Below are positions 27,882-39,551 of a stretch of DNA of 64,000 bases, piece after piece. This stretch comes from Balanoglossus misakiensis. Taxonomy: Eukaryota; Animalia; Hemichordata. Each line of letters begins with the position of its first letter. Positions within the stretch are counted from its first letter, which is position 1. A program made the translations under genes and the position numbers. The notes under the pieces were generated by a model. It saw only the letters and a list, made by a program, of their open reading frames with translations. It searched no databases and was not told the DNA's origin. The stretch is taken from positions 7,184,699-7,248,698 of the forward strand of contig CM082581.2 of NCBI GenBank assembly GCA_040954595.2, written 5' to 3'.

Positions 27882-29234
27882 AGCACCCGAGTACAAGACC
27901 CTAAAAGTAGGACATCTCGCCATATATCTAAACTGTGTGATTGCAAACTGTCATCATTCTTGTGAAACAAACGTGACATTATACCTAGGACTACCTGCTT
28001 TTGGACACGGACATCGGACATGACGTCAGATAATGAAAAATATTAACCTTGAAGACAGCAAAATTATTTAATTTGCGTATTTACCAAACGTATACCAAAC
28101 TATTTATTTTCCTCTGGAACATAAACCGTGAGCTGACTTACTCCAAACAACTATTTTTGAGTGGTCAGAAATGATATTGTACGTAAAAGGAATTATTTAA
28201 ATAATTAATAAGAAGATTCTGCTCCAGTTTTCCCAGAGAAGCTCGGTCTAGTTACATTTCACCAACGTTTTTAACTTCTGCACATGTATGTCTAGCTTGT
28301 TACGTCACACGAATAAAACATGGCGGCAGGTCTACGTCCAACTTTAAGACTGAATATGGTTGGCTATTCTAGACTTTTCAAAGGGGGGATTTACATAGAC
28401 AAAATACCAGGATCATAAGGTCGTATAGAGATTATTATACGTCACAATGGCGCATTGTAATTGTTATAAGGCCGTCGTCATGTTTTATCCTCAGTTTCAA
28501 TGTATAATCGTTTGACTACACGCAGTATACGTCATGAGCCATCAAAAAGACGTTAATTTTTCGATGCCAGTTTTTATATAACATTTGTAACATTTTCTAC
28601 CCATTATGAAGTTTAAAAATTCACGGCGTTTTTACAAACCACCGTGCCCTTATCTCGGTCCGTCCACGACATTTCTTATATTATTGTGTAGTTTATGCAG
28701 ACATGTTTTGAAGTATGTGTGTATTGTGAAAACATTTCATCAATAGAATTGAATAATTCGGGAAGTCTTGACTAGTTTAAGTTATCATAATTCGCTGAAG
28801 TTATATTCTTGCGCTATGGTGTACAGTTTTTTTTGAAGTTGGAACGTTAGCATTTCTTTCATTATTTACAACTTCGGATTTCCCGGGAATCTCCACTCTT
28901 CAAAATGAAATTGTATAAATAACCACAGTTCATTTTAGTGGAGGGACTGTGAAATTGGATATGCATAAACTTTGACATGGAATGATTTGCATATAAGTTG
29001 AGAAGTAACTTTCGTAACGGTGTGCACATTTCGAAATCATTGTGTGCGTTTCTTTCCCTGCGAGTTTGCCGCGCGTTTAATGGTGAAATTGTAGCATAAG
29101 GCGACGCCAACAAATAATTCACGCATCGATTGTCCGTGAGTGTCTGTGGAGTTTCACTCAAAACTATATGTATATGCATGACATTGTTTCTTTTCATGGT
29201 TGTACATATGAAATGACCTTTGTTGTACTGTAGA

Positions 29235-29240
29235 AATAAA
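29235..29240 (+). terminator. Probable polyadenylation signal of gene A (AATAAA)
   Basis: AATAAA at the end of a long AT-rich UTR-like tract, followed by GT-rich ttgttggtcgtgtcgtg. Alternative AATAAA hexamers at 27877 and 28312. Confidence 0.5.
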
Positions 29241-30288
29241 AGAAAATATTTTGTGTAAATTGTTGGTCGTGTCGTGCTAATATGGGAGAGAGAGAGAGTT
29301 GATGACTTCCTTGAGCTGTACCAGTGAACGACACGAGGGCCGCAGTGGAGTTCAATATCTGAACGATTGCGCGACGCGAGTATTAATTATCACCCGGCCT
29401 GCAACACATTCAGCCAACACCTGCGATCTTGGTATGCTAAACAACTTCAAAATCACACCAATCAATGACAAGCTTACAAAATGCGCTTGGTGATTGACGC
29501 ATATCGATTGAATAGTTTTCAGCCAGCGCATTCGCCGCGGTCAGTGAGGTGCCACGAGTCCATCATTCGGAAGTCAATCTTTGACGTAAAAACATCATGG
29601 TCATGGAATGTAGTGACAACAACGACCAATTCATTGTTCTGAGCAATTATCGACACCCGCGTGGAAGCGTGAAAGTGAAGGTCATGACTGTGACGATATG
29701 GACTGGATTTAGGAGATAATGTGTGTAAACCATTGGATATGAAACGTGGCTTGACGAAAATCGACGGTGCCTTTTCTCCCGTGGCCTCCATCACGCAAGT
29801 CCTCCACTGTAAGTAACAGTTTTCTTTCATTTTTCTCGAAACATGTAAATTTAATGTTACTGTATCAGTGATTAGGAATTCTCGATTGTACGTAAGCAAA
29901 GGAAGTTCTAGTGCGGCGAAACCCCCACCCCCGAAATGTTCAGTCGAAAACGTGCGCGAGGTAGAAATGAAACCCTGGTCAAAGGTCAAGCCCTGTGCCT
30001 ATAGTATGCACACCTGGACCTGTTATCTTGTTGTAAGTGAACGTTATTATGCAAGGTACAGTGCAACAATGGGCATACAGTGCACTGCAATATTTGCATA
30101 TTGCACTGCACCTGTGCAGTATCTAAGCGAACAAAACATGCAAAACGCAACAACACAGATTATTTTGTAGTAGACATTAGCATTAGGGAACTAACCACTA
30201 CCTTGATAAGTTCACAGTGAAAATAATTTATTAAACAAATAAAATAAAATAACGCAAGAACTGAGCTTATTTAAATGTGTAAAAATAC

Positions 30289-30294
30289 TTTATT
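30289..30294 (-). terminator. Probable polyadenylation signal of gene B (AATAAA on minus strand)
   Basis: tttatt on + strand; downstream on the minus strand lies a T-rich element (ttattttattttatttgttt, ~30232-30252). Confidence 0.5.
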
Positions 30295-32150
30295 GCGAAT
30301 AATTCAGGGAACTGCGCATGTGTCCCACTGAAAATGTGCCACGTCATACAAACGCCACGCAGACAAGCATGCCCGGCGTCGAGTCTACATACAGGTAAAA
30401 AGTCTTGAATTGGTGTTCAAAGCACTACAGCTGGTAGAGACTTGTGCACAAAAATTTCCTCGGCATGTGTGTTCAATGAATAGTAACTGGACGTAATTAG
30501 TATGATTTGTAACACGACATAGATTCCAGGGGAGGAGAGAAGACACGTACATGTATATTGATTGATCATAAACGTTGTAGCAAAAATATCATAAGAATTG
30601 ATGATAAATATCCAGTACCAGTTATTACATTCCAGCCGAGACACAAAATAGGTAGTTGTCGTTGGGGGCGCTCTACATGAAAAGCGAACTACAGTATGGT
30701 GTGCCAGATTTGCGAGGTTTCAAATACATGTACATTGTACCACGTGTGTAAAACACAACCCTCTAAACGGATATACCTGCGTGAACAATAAGTTTGGCTG
30801 CAATGTGCACTTTCGATAACTTTTAGTTGAAGTCACGCCAAAGCAGCAGTCTCTAACCGATACACTTCTGGGGTAAAAAAATCATTGCACTGTTCTTCGT
30901 AAATACGAGCAGATCTCCGAAAATTTGCGTAACATGAAAACACGTCTGCTTCGTCGTATAGTTTTAGTATTGCATCTCCATTCCAACAATACAATATCAG
31001 GAACACTAAAAACATTTTAAAAGCAGTAACTAACCCGCGGAAGGCGCACTTAACGAATCGTCACCAGGTGAACTATAATAATAAGTAAACTTGGCAGTAT
31101 TTCTTGAACCTATTAAAAACGACACTCGCAATTCTCTGTGACGAGTTACCAAAACGCTCTGATCCGGGTCACCCGCCCCACACGACGGTCCGCCGATGAA
31201 TACTCGCCGGCCGGGAGCGAGCCTGAACATTAACTTACGCACGCGCAGAAAGGGCCAGTCATCACCCGAAGATTTACGTCCACATAGTGTAGAGGGTGCT
31301 TCACACTAAATCTAGCTCGAAAATTCTCGAACATTTTTGTTGCTGTCACCAACTGTAAATCGACTCTGCTATGCTTACGCAAAGAGTAAAAAAATTAAAC
31401 ACAACAAATTTGTCGTGTCGCCATTCGCCTGCATGTACTATGCACCTAATATGTCATCTTAATACATTATAGCAGTGTGCAGACTATTAAATGCGAAGGA
31501 GGTTAGATATTTTTGATCGGTTCAAAACTTGGGTAATAGATCTTCTCGCACACGCGACCTCTTTTTATAAACTCCATTCGACCTTTTTGCCTTTCGTACT
31601 AGTTTTCACCAACCACATGGAAAATCCGAAGGGATGGGGGGGGGGGGGCATTCGGCCAAGCTGGGTGAACCTCTGTATTGGGAAGTTAGGATGAGGGGAA
31701 GGACGATTTTCTAGCGCCGCGCCGACCACCACTGCGCTTGTCTGCAGCAAATACCGCCAAACAATAATGTTGTTCTGCAAAAGCCTAAGGCATGTCAAAG
31801 GGGACCGTTTCGTTAGTATGACCGTAACGCTATTATGGGGGCGCCCTTGCAAGTGAACCGCGATCTTTGGAGAGAGTTAAAAATAACAAGAAAATCATCT
31901 GGAACGCTGAGTGGGCAAACCTTTTGATCATCGGTGCCAATAAATTAAACATCATCTTTTTTTCTTAATATAAAGCAGTACTGCCGTTTTTTGTAACCTG
32001 AAAATTTAAATATTCAAATGGTAACTTCCACCGGTTGTACAAACAATACCGACCGCGGGGCTGGGGTGACGTGAGGATGTGCTGGATGACGAAACACACA
32101 ACTGACGTGACAGTCAAGAAAAGTCCACGGGAAAACACAATAACTGTTAT

Positions 32151-33439
32151 TCATTCGTCGTCGGACTCATCCGTTGAGACCTGCGAGGATGACTCATCAT
32201 CCTCATCCTCTGTTGTGTCCACCGTCGACGGAAGTTGATGCCAGTGTTCCAACTTCCCTTCGTCCATTTCCACCTCACACGTCACCTCCGTGCCCAGCTC
32301 GTGGGGCTTCACGTCCGACTCCTGCACGGTCTCCAGCCAGCGCCGGCAGCGCACGTCGTTCTCCCTGAGGTAAATGCGGTCGTCGTGCACCGACTGCTTC
32401 AGGTTGAACTCCATGGGCTTGGTCTCCGAGAGGCTGATCACCAGCTCCGCCTCCGGCAGGTCGCGCTCGTCGATGGTCTGCAGGCTGCGCGTCCGCCGGA
32501 TCTTCGGCGGCACCCGCCTCGGCTGTTGCTCGTTGCCGTGACAACAGGTGAACGGCTCTTTGCAGTACGCGCACCTCATTCCCGCGACGTTGGCGTTGTT
32601 CGAAGAGTCACCTGCGGTTGGTGGGCCCGAGGTCGTTGGCCCCTCTGTTTTGCACGGGCTGTTCTCCTCGACAAAGTTTTGCCACGACGGCGGTTTCGGT
32701 GGCTTGTTTTGAGGCAATTGTTCAGAAGGCAGTGACCCTGCGATCGTGTATCTGGAAATGTTACTCGACGTTCGGTGCAGCTTGCCAAGATGGCGACCCA
32801 GGGCATGGGCAGGCTTAGTTACCTGATCTATTTTAGAAATCTGTTTTGTACCACGACTGATTGAGTTTTTACTCGAATTACAGTCCAACTTTAGATCGCT
32901 CAAATCGGTCAGCGCCGGACAAGAATGCGCCGCCTTTAGAACACGACCCGCATGTCTTTTCTCCTTGGCTTCATTCTTACCCATTGCCGATGTGACGGGA
33001 TGACTCTTCCGAAGTTCTCTGCCGAGAGAGTTCGTCACACCGGGCCGCTTTGTCACCGCACTCTCGGAATCAGTGGGTGTGACGGCGGTTTGCAACCGGG
33101 CCGGCGTGCTGTTTTCCCTGACAGTTTTTCCATTTTCCGCCTCGCTGAACCTCTCTGCGCTGCCCAGATGCGGTACGGCCATGCGTGTGCCCATTTTCTC
33201 ATGCGATTTCCTCCGCTGTTTGTTGCCCGACGTCGCACACTCTTGACTCTTGTTTGAACCCTTGGCGGCGGCCGCCTCTCTCCTCTCCACGCCGCCCTTC
33301 ACGCAGTCCTGGCGGCCCCTCGAGCCGATCTCGGCGGGCAGGCGGGTCTTGACCGCCGTGTCAGACATACTGTTTGCCGTGTCGCGACACGTACCAGTGT
33401 CCGCTGTCTGTGAGCGCGGTGGTGATCGTATCATCGGAC
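32151..33439 (-). CDS. Gene B, large final coding exon: uncharacterised, largely disordered protein (basic N-half, Cys cluster, acidic C-terminus); 427 aa from the ATG at 33434
   Basis: ORF 32151-33545 contains acceptor gttgtcttcttctcacgtttcacAG (33441-33440) just before GTCCG-ATG. ~1.29 kb open frame, strongly GC3-rich codons at ~32270-32570, TGA at 32153-32151. Confidence 0.85.
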
Positions 33440-35045
33440 CTGTGAAACGTGAGAAGAAGACAACACTATATAATACACGGTCTGTATTGGTTGAAACCAG
33501 TAACCACACTTTTACCTTAATCAGATATGCCAGACTTGCGTGCACAACTGAGAAAAACCGAGCGGCTTTGCCGAAGGTGGGATGTCACGTCATACTACCG
33601 TGTTCACTTCCCCCACGCCCGAAAAGTAAACGCCTTACTGGTATTTTACACTGCGGGATTATTATAACAGCCGTATCATTTCTGAATAATCACTCAGTTG
33701 ATCCATCCAGAATCTAATATTACGTATATCTCTTTGTGCTACATGAATGCATGTCCGTCAACTGGACGCCAACAACAGGTAAAGAGCGAAAACTCGAGAA
33801 CGTGTTGAGGAAAGGCAATCACGTTTATTTTGAGTGGAGTTTCCCCCGTGTCAATCAAATAAAATAAAGACGTGATTTTGATGTGAACTGCAGCTGCAGG
33901 AAATAGGTGTAAACAGGTCGCAAAGCTGGCAATCACAGAAAACAGAATAGCGAGAAAGGGGTTATGTGTCCAGAATTCATCACCAGTTTCACCCAACTTG
34001 CAGTAAATTTGTACGTTTGCGGCGGTATATGATGCCACCCGACAACAAAGCCAATTTTAGAGAGACTATTGAGCAACTTTCATAAAGTACGCCTGAATAA
34101 TCGGGGAGAAAAATGAAACACGACGGCGACACTCGAATGTTTTGGAAGACACTTCGCAAAGCTAATAAATTCTGGCCATACCCGATGTTAAAGTGTAAAT
34201 ATTCCCTCGGCAAATATGCCAAACGCTCGTTTGTAGTTGACCTTTGGTGCGCATTGAAATAGCTTTGCTCGATACGGTACCCTCAACCAAAACAAACAAT
34301 ATGCAAATATTACTTGGGCAAGAAATGATCATGCCCGTCATGCTTTGCTGTTAGTCCATCACCAGAGGCTGGGCGGGTATATGCCCTTTTGCAGTTTATG
34401 TTTCCTGTTTTATCGGTTGCGTGTCTGTCGTCTGCTTAAATTTTAATTTGAAAAGACAGTGACACATTTACTCCAAATCGAGAACAGCGCACCATGTGCG
34501 GTTTTTTTGTGAGCATTTTGATTCGCAATGCAGTAACTCTACCAAAAATTAATAAAATAAAAAAGCCAAAGTGATTCCCATGAACACTTGCTTTTGATCA
34601 CCATTTGCAAACAGAAATAGAAATAAAAATATAAAATTTGTCATATCGGCCCAATGGAAGCAGTTATAACTCATAAAAGGATTACTTCCAGGTACATGCA
34701 AATACATTTTCAAAGCAAACTGACTATTAGTTCCCATATACCTCATGTAACCAACCTCTTCTCAACTAAAGAATGCGTAACATAACAAAACCGGTCTCAT
34801 CTGTGCACATCAAGTCATCGCCTACATCGACAGAAGTCCTGTTTAATGTCTGATTTCATAGTTTATATAACCACAAACATCCATGGAGTATGTTTTCACT
34901 GGAAGTGTAATTCCATCGCTGATATTTTTCTTGTACCGTAAATTAACACAACTTTGTTATGACATCTGCTGTCTTTTATTACAATTTATATTTGGATCGT
35001 GAAATATTCAAATGAAACCCCGCAGAACATACATTTGGTATATGC

Positions 35046-35229
35046 TGTATGTATGTATGTATGTATGTATGTATGTATGTATGTATGTATGTATGTATGT
35101 ATGTATGTATGTATGTATGTATGTATGTATGTATGTATGTATGTATGTATGTATGTATGTATGTATGTATGTATGTATGTATGTATGTATGTGTATGTAT
35201 GTATGTACATGTATGTATGTATGTATGTA
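35046..35229. repeat. (TATG)n / (CATA)n tetranucleotide microsatellite, ~180 bp
   Basis: Near-perfect tgtatgtatg array; explains the MYVC/HTYI pseudo-ORFs. Confidence 0.98.
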
Positions 35230-36128
35230 ATGTCGTGTGTCCATATGTGTCTAAACTTATTCTTCTGCATACATATTTTATTTTCGAATTTTATGTGAGT
35301 TTTGATCTCACATTTTTGATGAACTCCCAAGCAATAGATGGGTTTGTTAACATTATGGTAATATCAACTTCCGTTCTCGCCATGTTTTTTCACGAATTAA
35401 AAATAACTCGTCATAAATAAAACTTGTCAGGTCAGGTCCGGTTGTATAACTGGTAGGATGTCTACGCAGAAATCTGTGTTATAACCTTGAACTTACTGTT
35501 CTTTTAAGGTGTCACGCTTTTTGCAGTTTTAACATTTTAACACACCCCGGCTATTTTAAGGGCGACCTCACTGAATAGCAACGCATTGGGCTCATGAAGT
35601 GAGGCCTCAAGCTTATAAATATCAAGGTCAGGGTTAATACGCACCGGGCTGAATTCTGCTTAATTACTAATTAAGACTGACACTCTATTCGCCGGGTTTT
35701 CCTGGCATTGTCTACTGAACACTTGGCCGGTCGTTGAAAACACCACCAACTGGTCGGTTCTAGTTTTCATCTGGCATTTTACAGAAATACTGACAATCGA
35801 GGGAGGTCCCCCTGCCGAAATAGCTCCGCTTGGCTAGCCAAGATGAGGAATTGAAATACGTGATGATAGCTCGCACCAGTCGTATTGTTTTATGGCCTGG
35901 GTCATTAGTGCTACTGCAAATCAGTTGGTTCTGAAATGACTTGGTCGTAAAACTGAAATACCACTGTGGCACAGATTTTGAAGTTTATGAGCAGAAAAAA
36001 AGGGCAACGCATCTCGTTTAGATTACGTATCTCTTTTTCGAGTTTCACTCTACGCTACAACGGCGCTTGTGCCATCAGCGTTTTGAGCATACTATCCGAT
36101 GGTATACTAGGCCTGTAAACTTCCCGTA

Positions 36129-36224
36129 TCATCATTGACATCATCATCATCGTCATCATCACCACCATCATAGTCACTACCACCACCACCATTATCATAA
36201 TCATCATCATCACCACCACAACCA
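36129..36224. repeat. Degenerate (CAT)n/(CAC)n trinucleotide tract
   Basis: tcatcatcatcgtcatcatcaccaccatcat...caccaccaccattatcataatcatcatcatcaccacc. Confidence 0.8.
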
Positions 36225-39200
36225 CGCGCCATGTGACTTCTTCGCAGACACCCTTTGTATGGCACGCAATCGGAACACAGGAAGTAACATTTCACATTTA
36301 GGAAAAATAAATAACTTTACCGAAATAGAAGCAGCTAATTCAAGAAGCTGGGTTCTATGTGTTCTAGACCGGGGTATGTATGCCCTTTTGCTGTATACAT
36401 CTGTATAATATACTGACGAAAACTGCGGTTTACTCGCGTATGAGACCCTCAGAGTGGACATTTCCGGGTCACTGTACTTCTCGCGATACTCTGACGGTGC
36501 GTCCCGACAGGGACTTTGTTGGAAGTCAGGAGATACGTGTTTGTTCTTTTATACTACAAAATCTAAATCGGAGTTCTTATCTTTGTACACTTGCTGTATT
36601 TACGTGACCTAACCCGGCACTGAAATTATGGCCACAATGTGAAAAGACATCATTAGTTTCTGTGTCTGTAAAAACCACAAAAGTCAAATATGAAAACGTT
36701 AGATTAATGAACGTCAGATGCAATTCACTCTACTACAATGGCGCATGTGCCCACGCACATACGCTTGGCTTGACTGTCTTGCCAGACACCTATATTCTGA
36801 AAGTGTTGTCGAGACGCCAGATTGCCCGAACCGTCTCTGATTTCAGTTTAACACGGTGAACTTTCCCGCTGAAAGTCAAGAGTAGAAAGACCGACACCGT
36901 CTACCCTGCGTTCCCAATGACGAAGTTGATTTATCAAGCGTACACGTCAATATTATGACAGGCGATCGTGACAATTATGCCGGTTTGCTATGACACACTT
37001 TCAGTTGTCATTAACCACGTGACCATAGCCATCGCGACGAAGTTTGCCTGATTTATCATTTTACAACTTAAAATACCAAAGTAAAAGGTCAAAAGGTGAC
37101 TGAACCCCCAAAGTTCACAAATATATCGTGTCACAACGAAGTATTTCTGCCGTCAAATTCAGGTCACACGACGTATTACGCATTTTATGAAACCGATACA
37201 CGGTCCAGTGTAATAACCTTGATGTCATAAGACTCCAAACAACCGCTTCGTGAACGTGACCTAAGTACCAGAGCAAAAAAACTTGTCAAATTTGCAGATA
37301 AAATGGCACTGCGGAGACCCCGAAAACTTTCGTTTTCATAAAGATGACCCAACTAAGGTTAACGTCCAAAGGTCAACACTACATCGATTTTGGCAAACAA
37401 TACGTCTTTTAAAGTTATGCTGTAGTCGGTATATCGATTGCAGTAGTCACACTACAGTCTACAGTGATTTGACAATTCATCAAACCCGCATTTTTTCACA
37501 TTATAAAATATCTTCGATGAAATTTGAGTTTTAGAAGACAAAAACGATTCGTCGCAGGCGTCTTATTACGATTAAAGATTTGGGGGTATCGAATATTTGA
37601 CATTCCATCGCTATTATCGCAGAACTGTGTTCGTTGTACACAACAGGCAGGCCAACAATGGTATATATTGTAATCTTCTGACCCACCATCTAGAGCCAAG
37701 ACGTGTCCTGCAACTGGGAACAATCCGCAGCTAACCTTGACCGAGTTGATATTCGGCTGTGACCTTTCCGCGTCGATAAATTTGAACAATAAACACAGTA
37801 CAGAGAGGAATTTTAATTCTTTTACTTATGAAATGCAGAAGTTACTAGTAGTACATGTAGTCTCATCGTCGTCAAAAGAAATTGAAGAAGTACGATATAA
37901 TGTGTTAAAAATATACAGAGTGGATTTGCTTTCACTTTTCATTATAAAATTACTTTAGGAAAACCATAATTTTTTTTAATTCACGCACGCCCCTTCTTTT
38001 GAATGGGAGCCAGAAAAAATAACAGCGGGGGGCAAACGCGGTGATGAAATGTTATTTTTTTTTCTGCAAATTTTACCTCCAGGACAGGGTCACATTGACG
38101 ACGCTTCGAAGGTGACACGGGTTAGGAACACTGGTCAGTTCAGCTGGCCATTTACCACGTAATATATATCATTCTGAAAAACGAGGAATTATCGCGGTTA
38201 ACACGTTTACGCTTCAAGTTGTCCGGATGCGGATTACGCCTGACACTTTCTAATTTGTTGTCAGTGCGCGGGTCCCTGTGTATAATAAATCCGCTGAACT
38301 CGTTGGAGTCGCTACACTCGGCCATGTCTGATTGAAGGCTGGCTTATACAATCAAAAGCTTAATTGCGTAGTTCCGTGTGTTCAAGCGCCTTCACGGCGA
38401 TCAATGTGCTGTTTCTGAGTGTGTACGTTCGAGGGACTCGACTCGGTCGCGCAGTGTGAGCGCGCGGCGATCGCGAAGAGCGTATATACTTTTATAGTCA
38501 AGATGCAGACAAACACAGGAACACTGGCGAGCAATGAACCGGAAGTGCTGATGACAGAGGGATGTTGAAATGCTTTGATTAGCGTAAATGGCGCATTCTC
38601 TTCCCACAATTATGTCTCACAAAGGGCGAAATAGAATGGGAGTATTGAGGGAACACTGGCGATGGCCATAGGTCACACTTGCCTGACACGTCGACCCCCG
38701 CGCGGACAAAGCTTGTTACCTGTGTGAAACAACAGCTTCATTCATCATGATCCACCCGCTCACATTTTTTGCCAACTTCCCTAGTACCTTAGATAGACCT
38801 TGGCCGCGGTCGTTAAGTATTGACGCGCAGCTGCTCTTCAGAAAACTCTTATGTCTAATTCCTGTGTTGAAATAAATTCGCGATGTATTTAAAAGGAGCC
38901 CAGTGCAATTTTCGCGAGGGTCACACTCCAGTCTTTTGTAAACAAGGTTCACTGTGTGGCACGAACCTCCTTTGAATATAGAAGCACATACCTTGGCGGG
39001 CCGTCCAAAACAAATACCTCCACGTTCACGCCGACTATCGCACAAAAAACTCGCTTGCTGTTCAGTGAAATTATCAAATGGTCATGTAAATCGCCTCCCT
39101 TTAGGAGGTGAGTTATACCAAGCGAAGTCACGTAGGCCACATTCGAGCACCCATCGCAAAACTGCCGAACGGTACGATTCATTCGGAAAACCGTCACGGT

Positions 39201-39451
39201 TCCCATTCGCCTCAGAACAGCACTAACCCCGAGTTCCAGAGAGACTTTGAAGGCCGCAGACCCGGGGCTACACTTCGATACCCGGCTGCGTGTCTCCACC
39301 GCGGTGTGTTTCGGTGGCTGCGCCCGATAATTACCAAAATAGCACCCAATACTCTCCGATTATTTAAGCTACGAAGCTATAAATACCCTCCCTGGAAGTA
39401 AAAAAGAATCGTTATGCTTGCTCGGGTCTAATTGCTCGTCCTAATACTTAC

Positions 39452-39551
39452 CCGAGCCGCAGAGGAATTGTATGTGAAACGTTAGAAGTCTCTGCAGAAA
39501 GCGCTTCCGTTCACGATGGTCGCCTTCGCCGGTAACCGTGCGCCTAATCAT
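39452..39551 (-). CDS. Candidate upstream exon of gene B (MIRRTVTGEGDHRERKRFLQRLLTFHIQFLCGS-G, phase 1); may instead be 5' UTR
   Basis: Consensus donor GTAAGT on the minus strand at 39451-39446. ATG at 39551 opens 33 codons plus G, in phase with the 33439 acceptor (G+GT=Gly). Lies in a GC-rich, first-exon-like segment. Confidence 0.3.

Noticed and set aside
26467-28021. Multiple antisense and alternate-frame ORFs over gene A
   Set aside because: Shadow ORFs expected from a GC3-rich coding exon.
32174-33717. Antisense and alternate-frame ORFs over gene B, and the ORF-track start at 33545
   Set aside because: Shadow ORFs. The first ~35 codons of the 464 aa ORF lie upstream of a clear splice acceptor and are probably intronic.
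34986-35420. ORFs with MYVC/HTYI repeats
   Set aside because: Translations of the (TATG)n microsatellite.
36107-36295. Asp/Gly-rich minus-strand ORF
   Set aside because: Translation of the CAT/CAC microsatellite.
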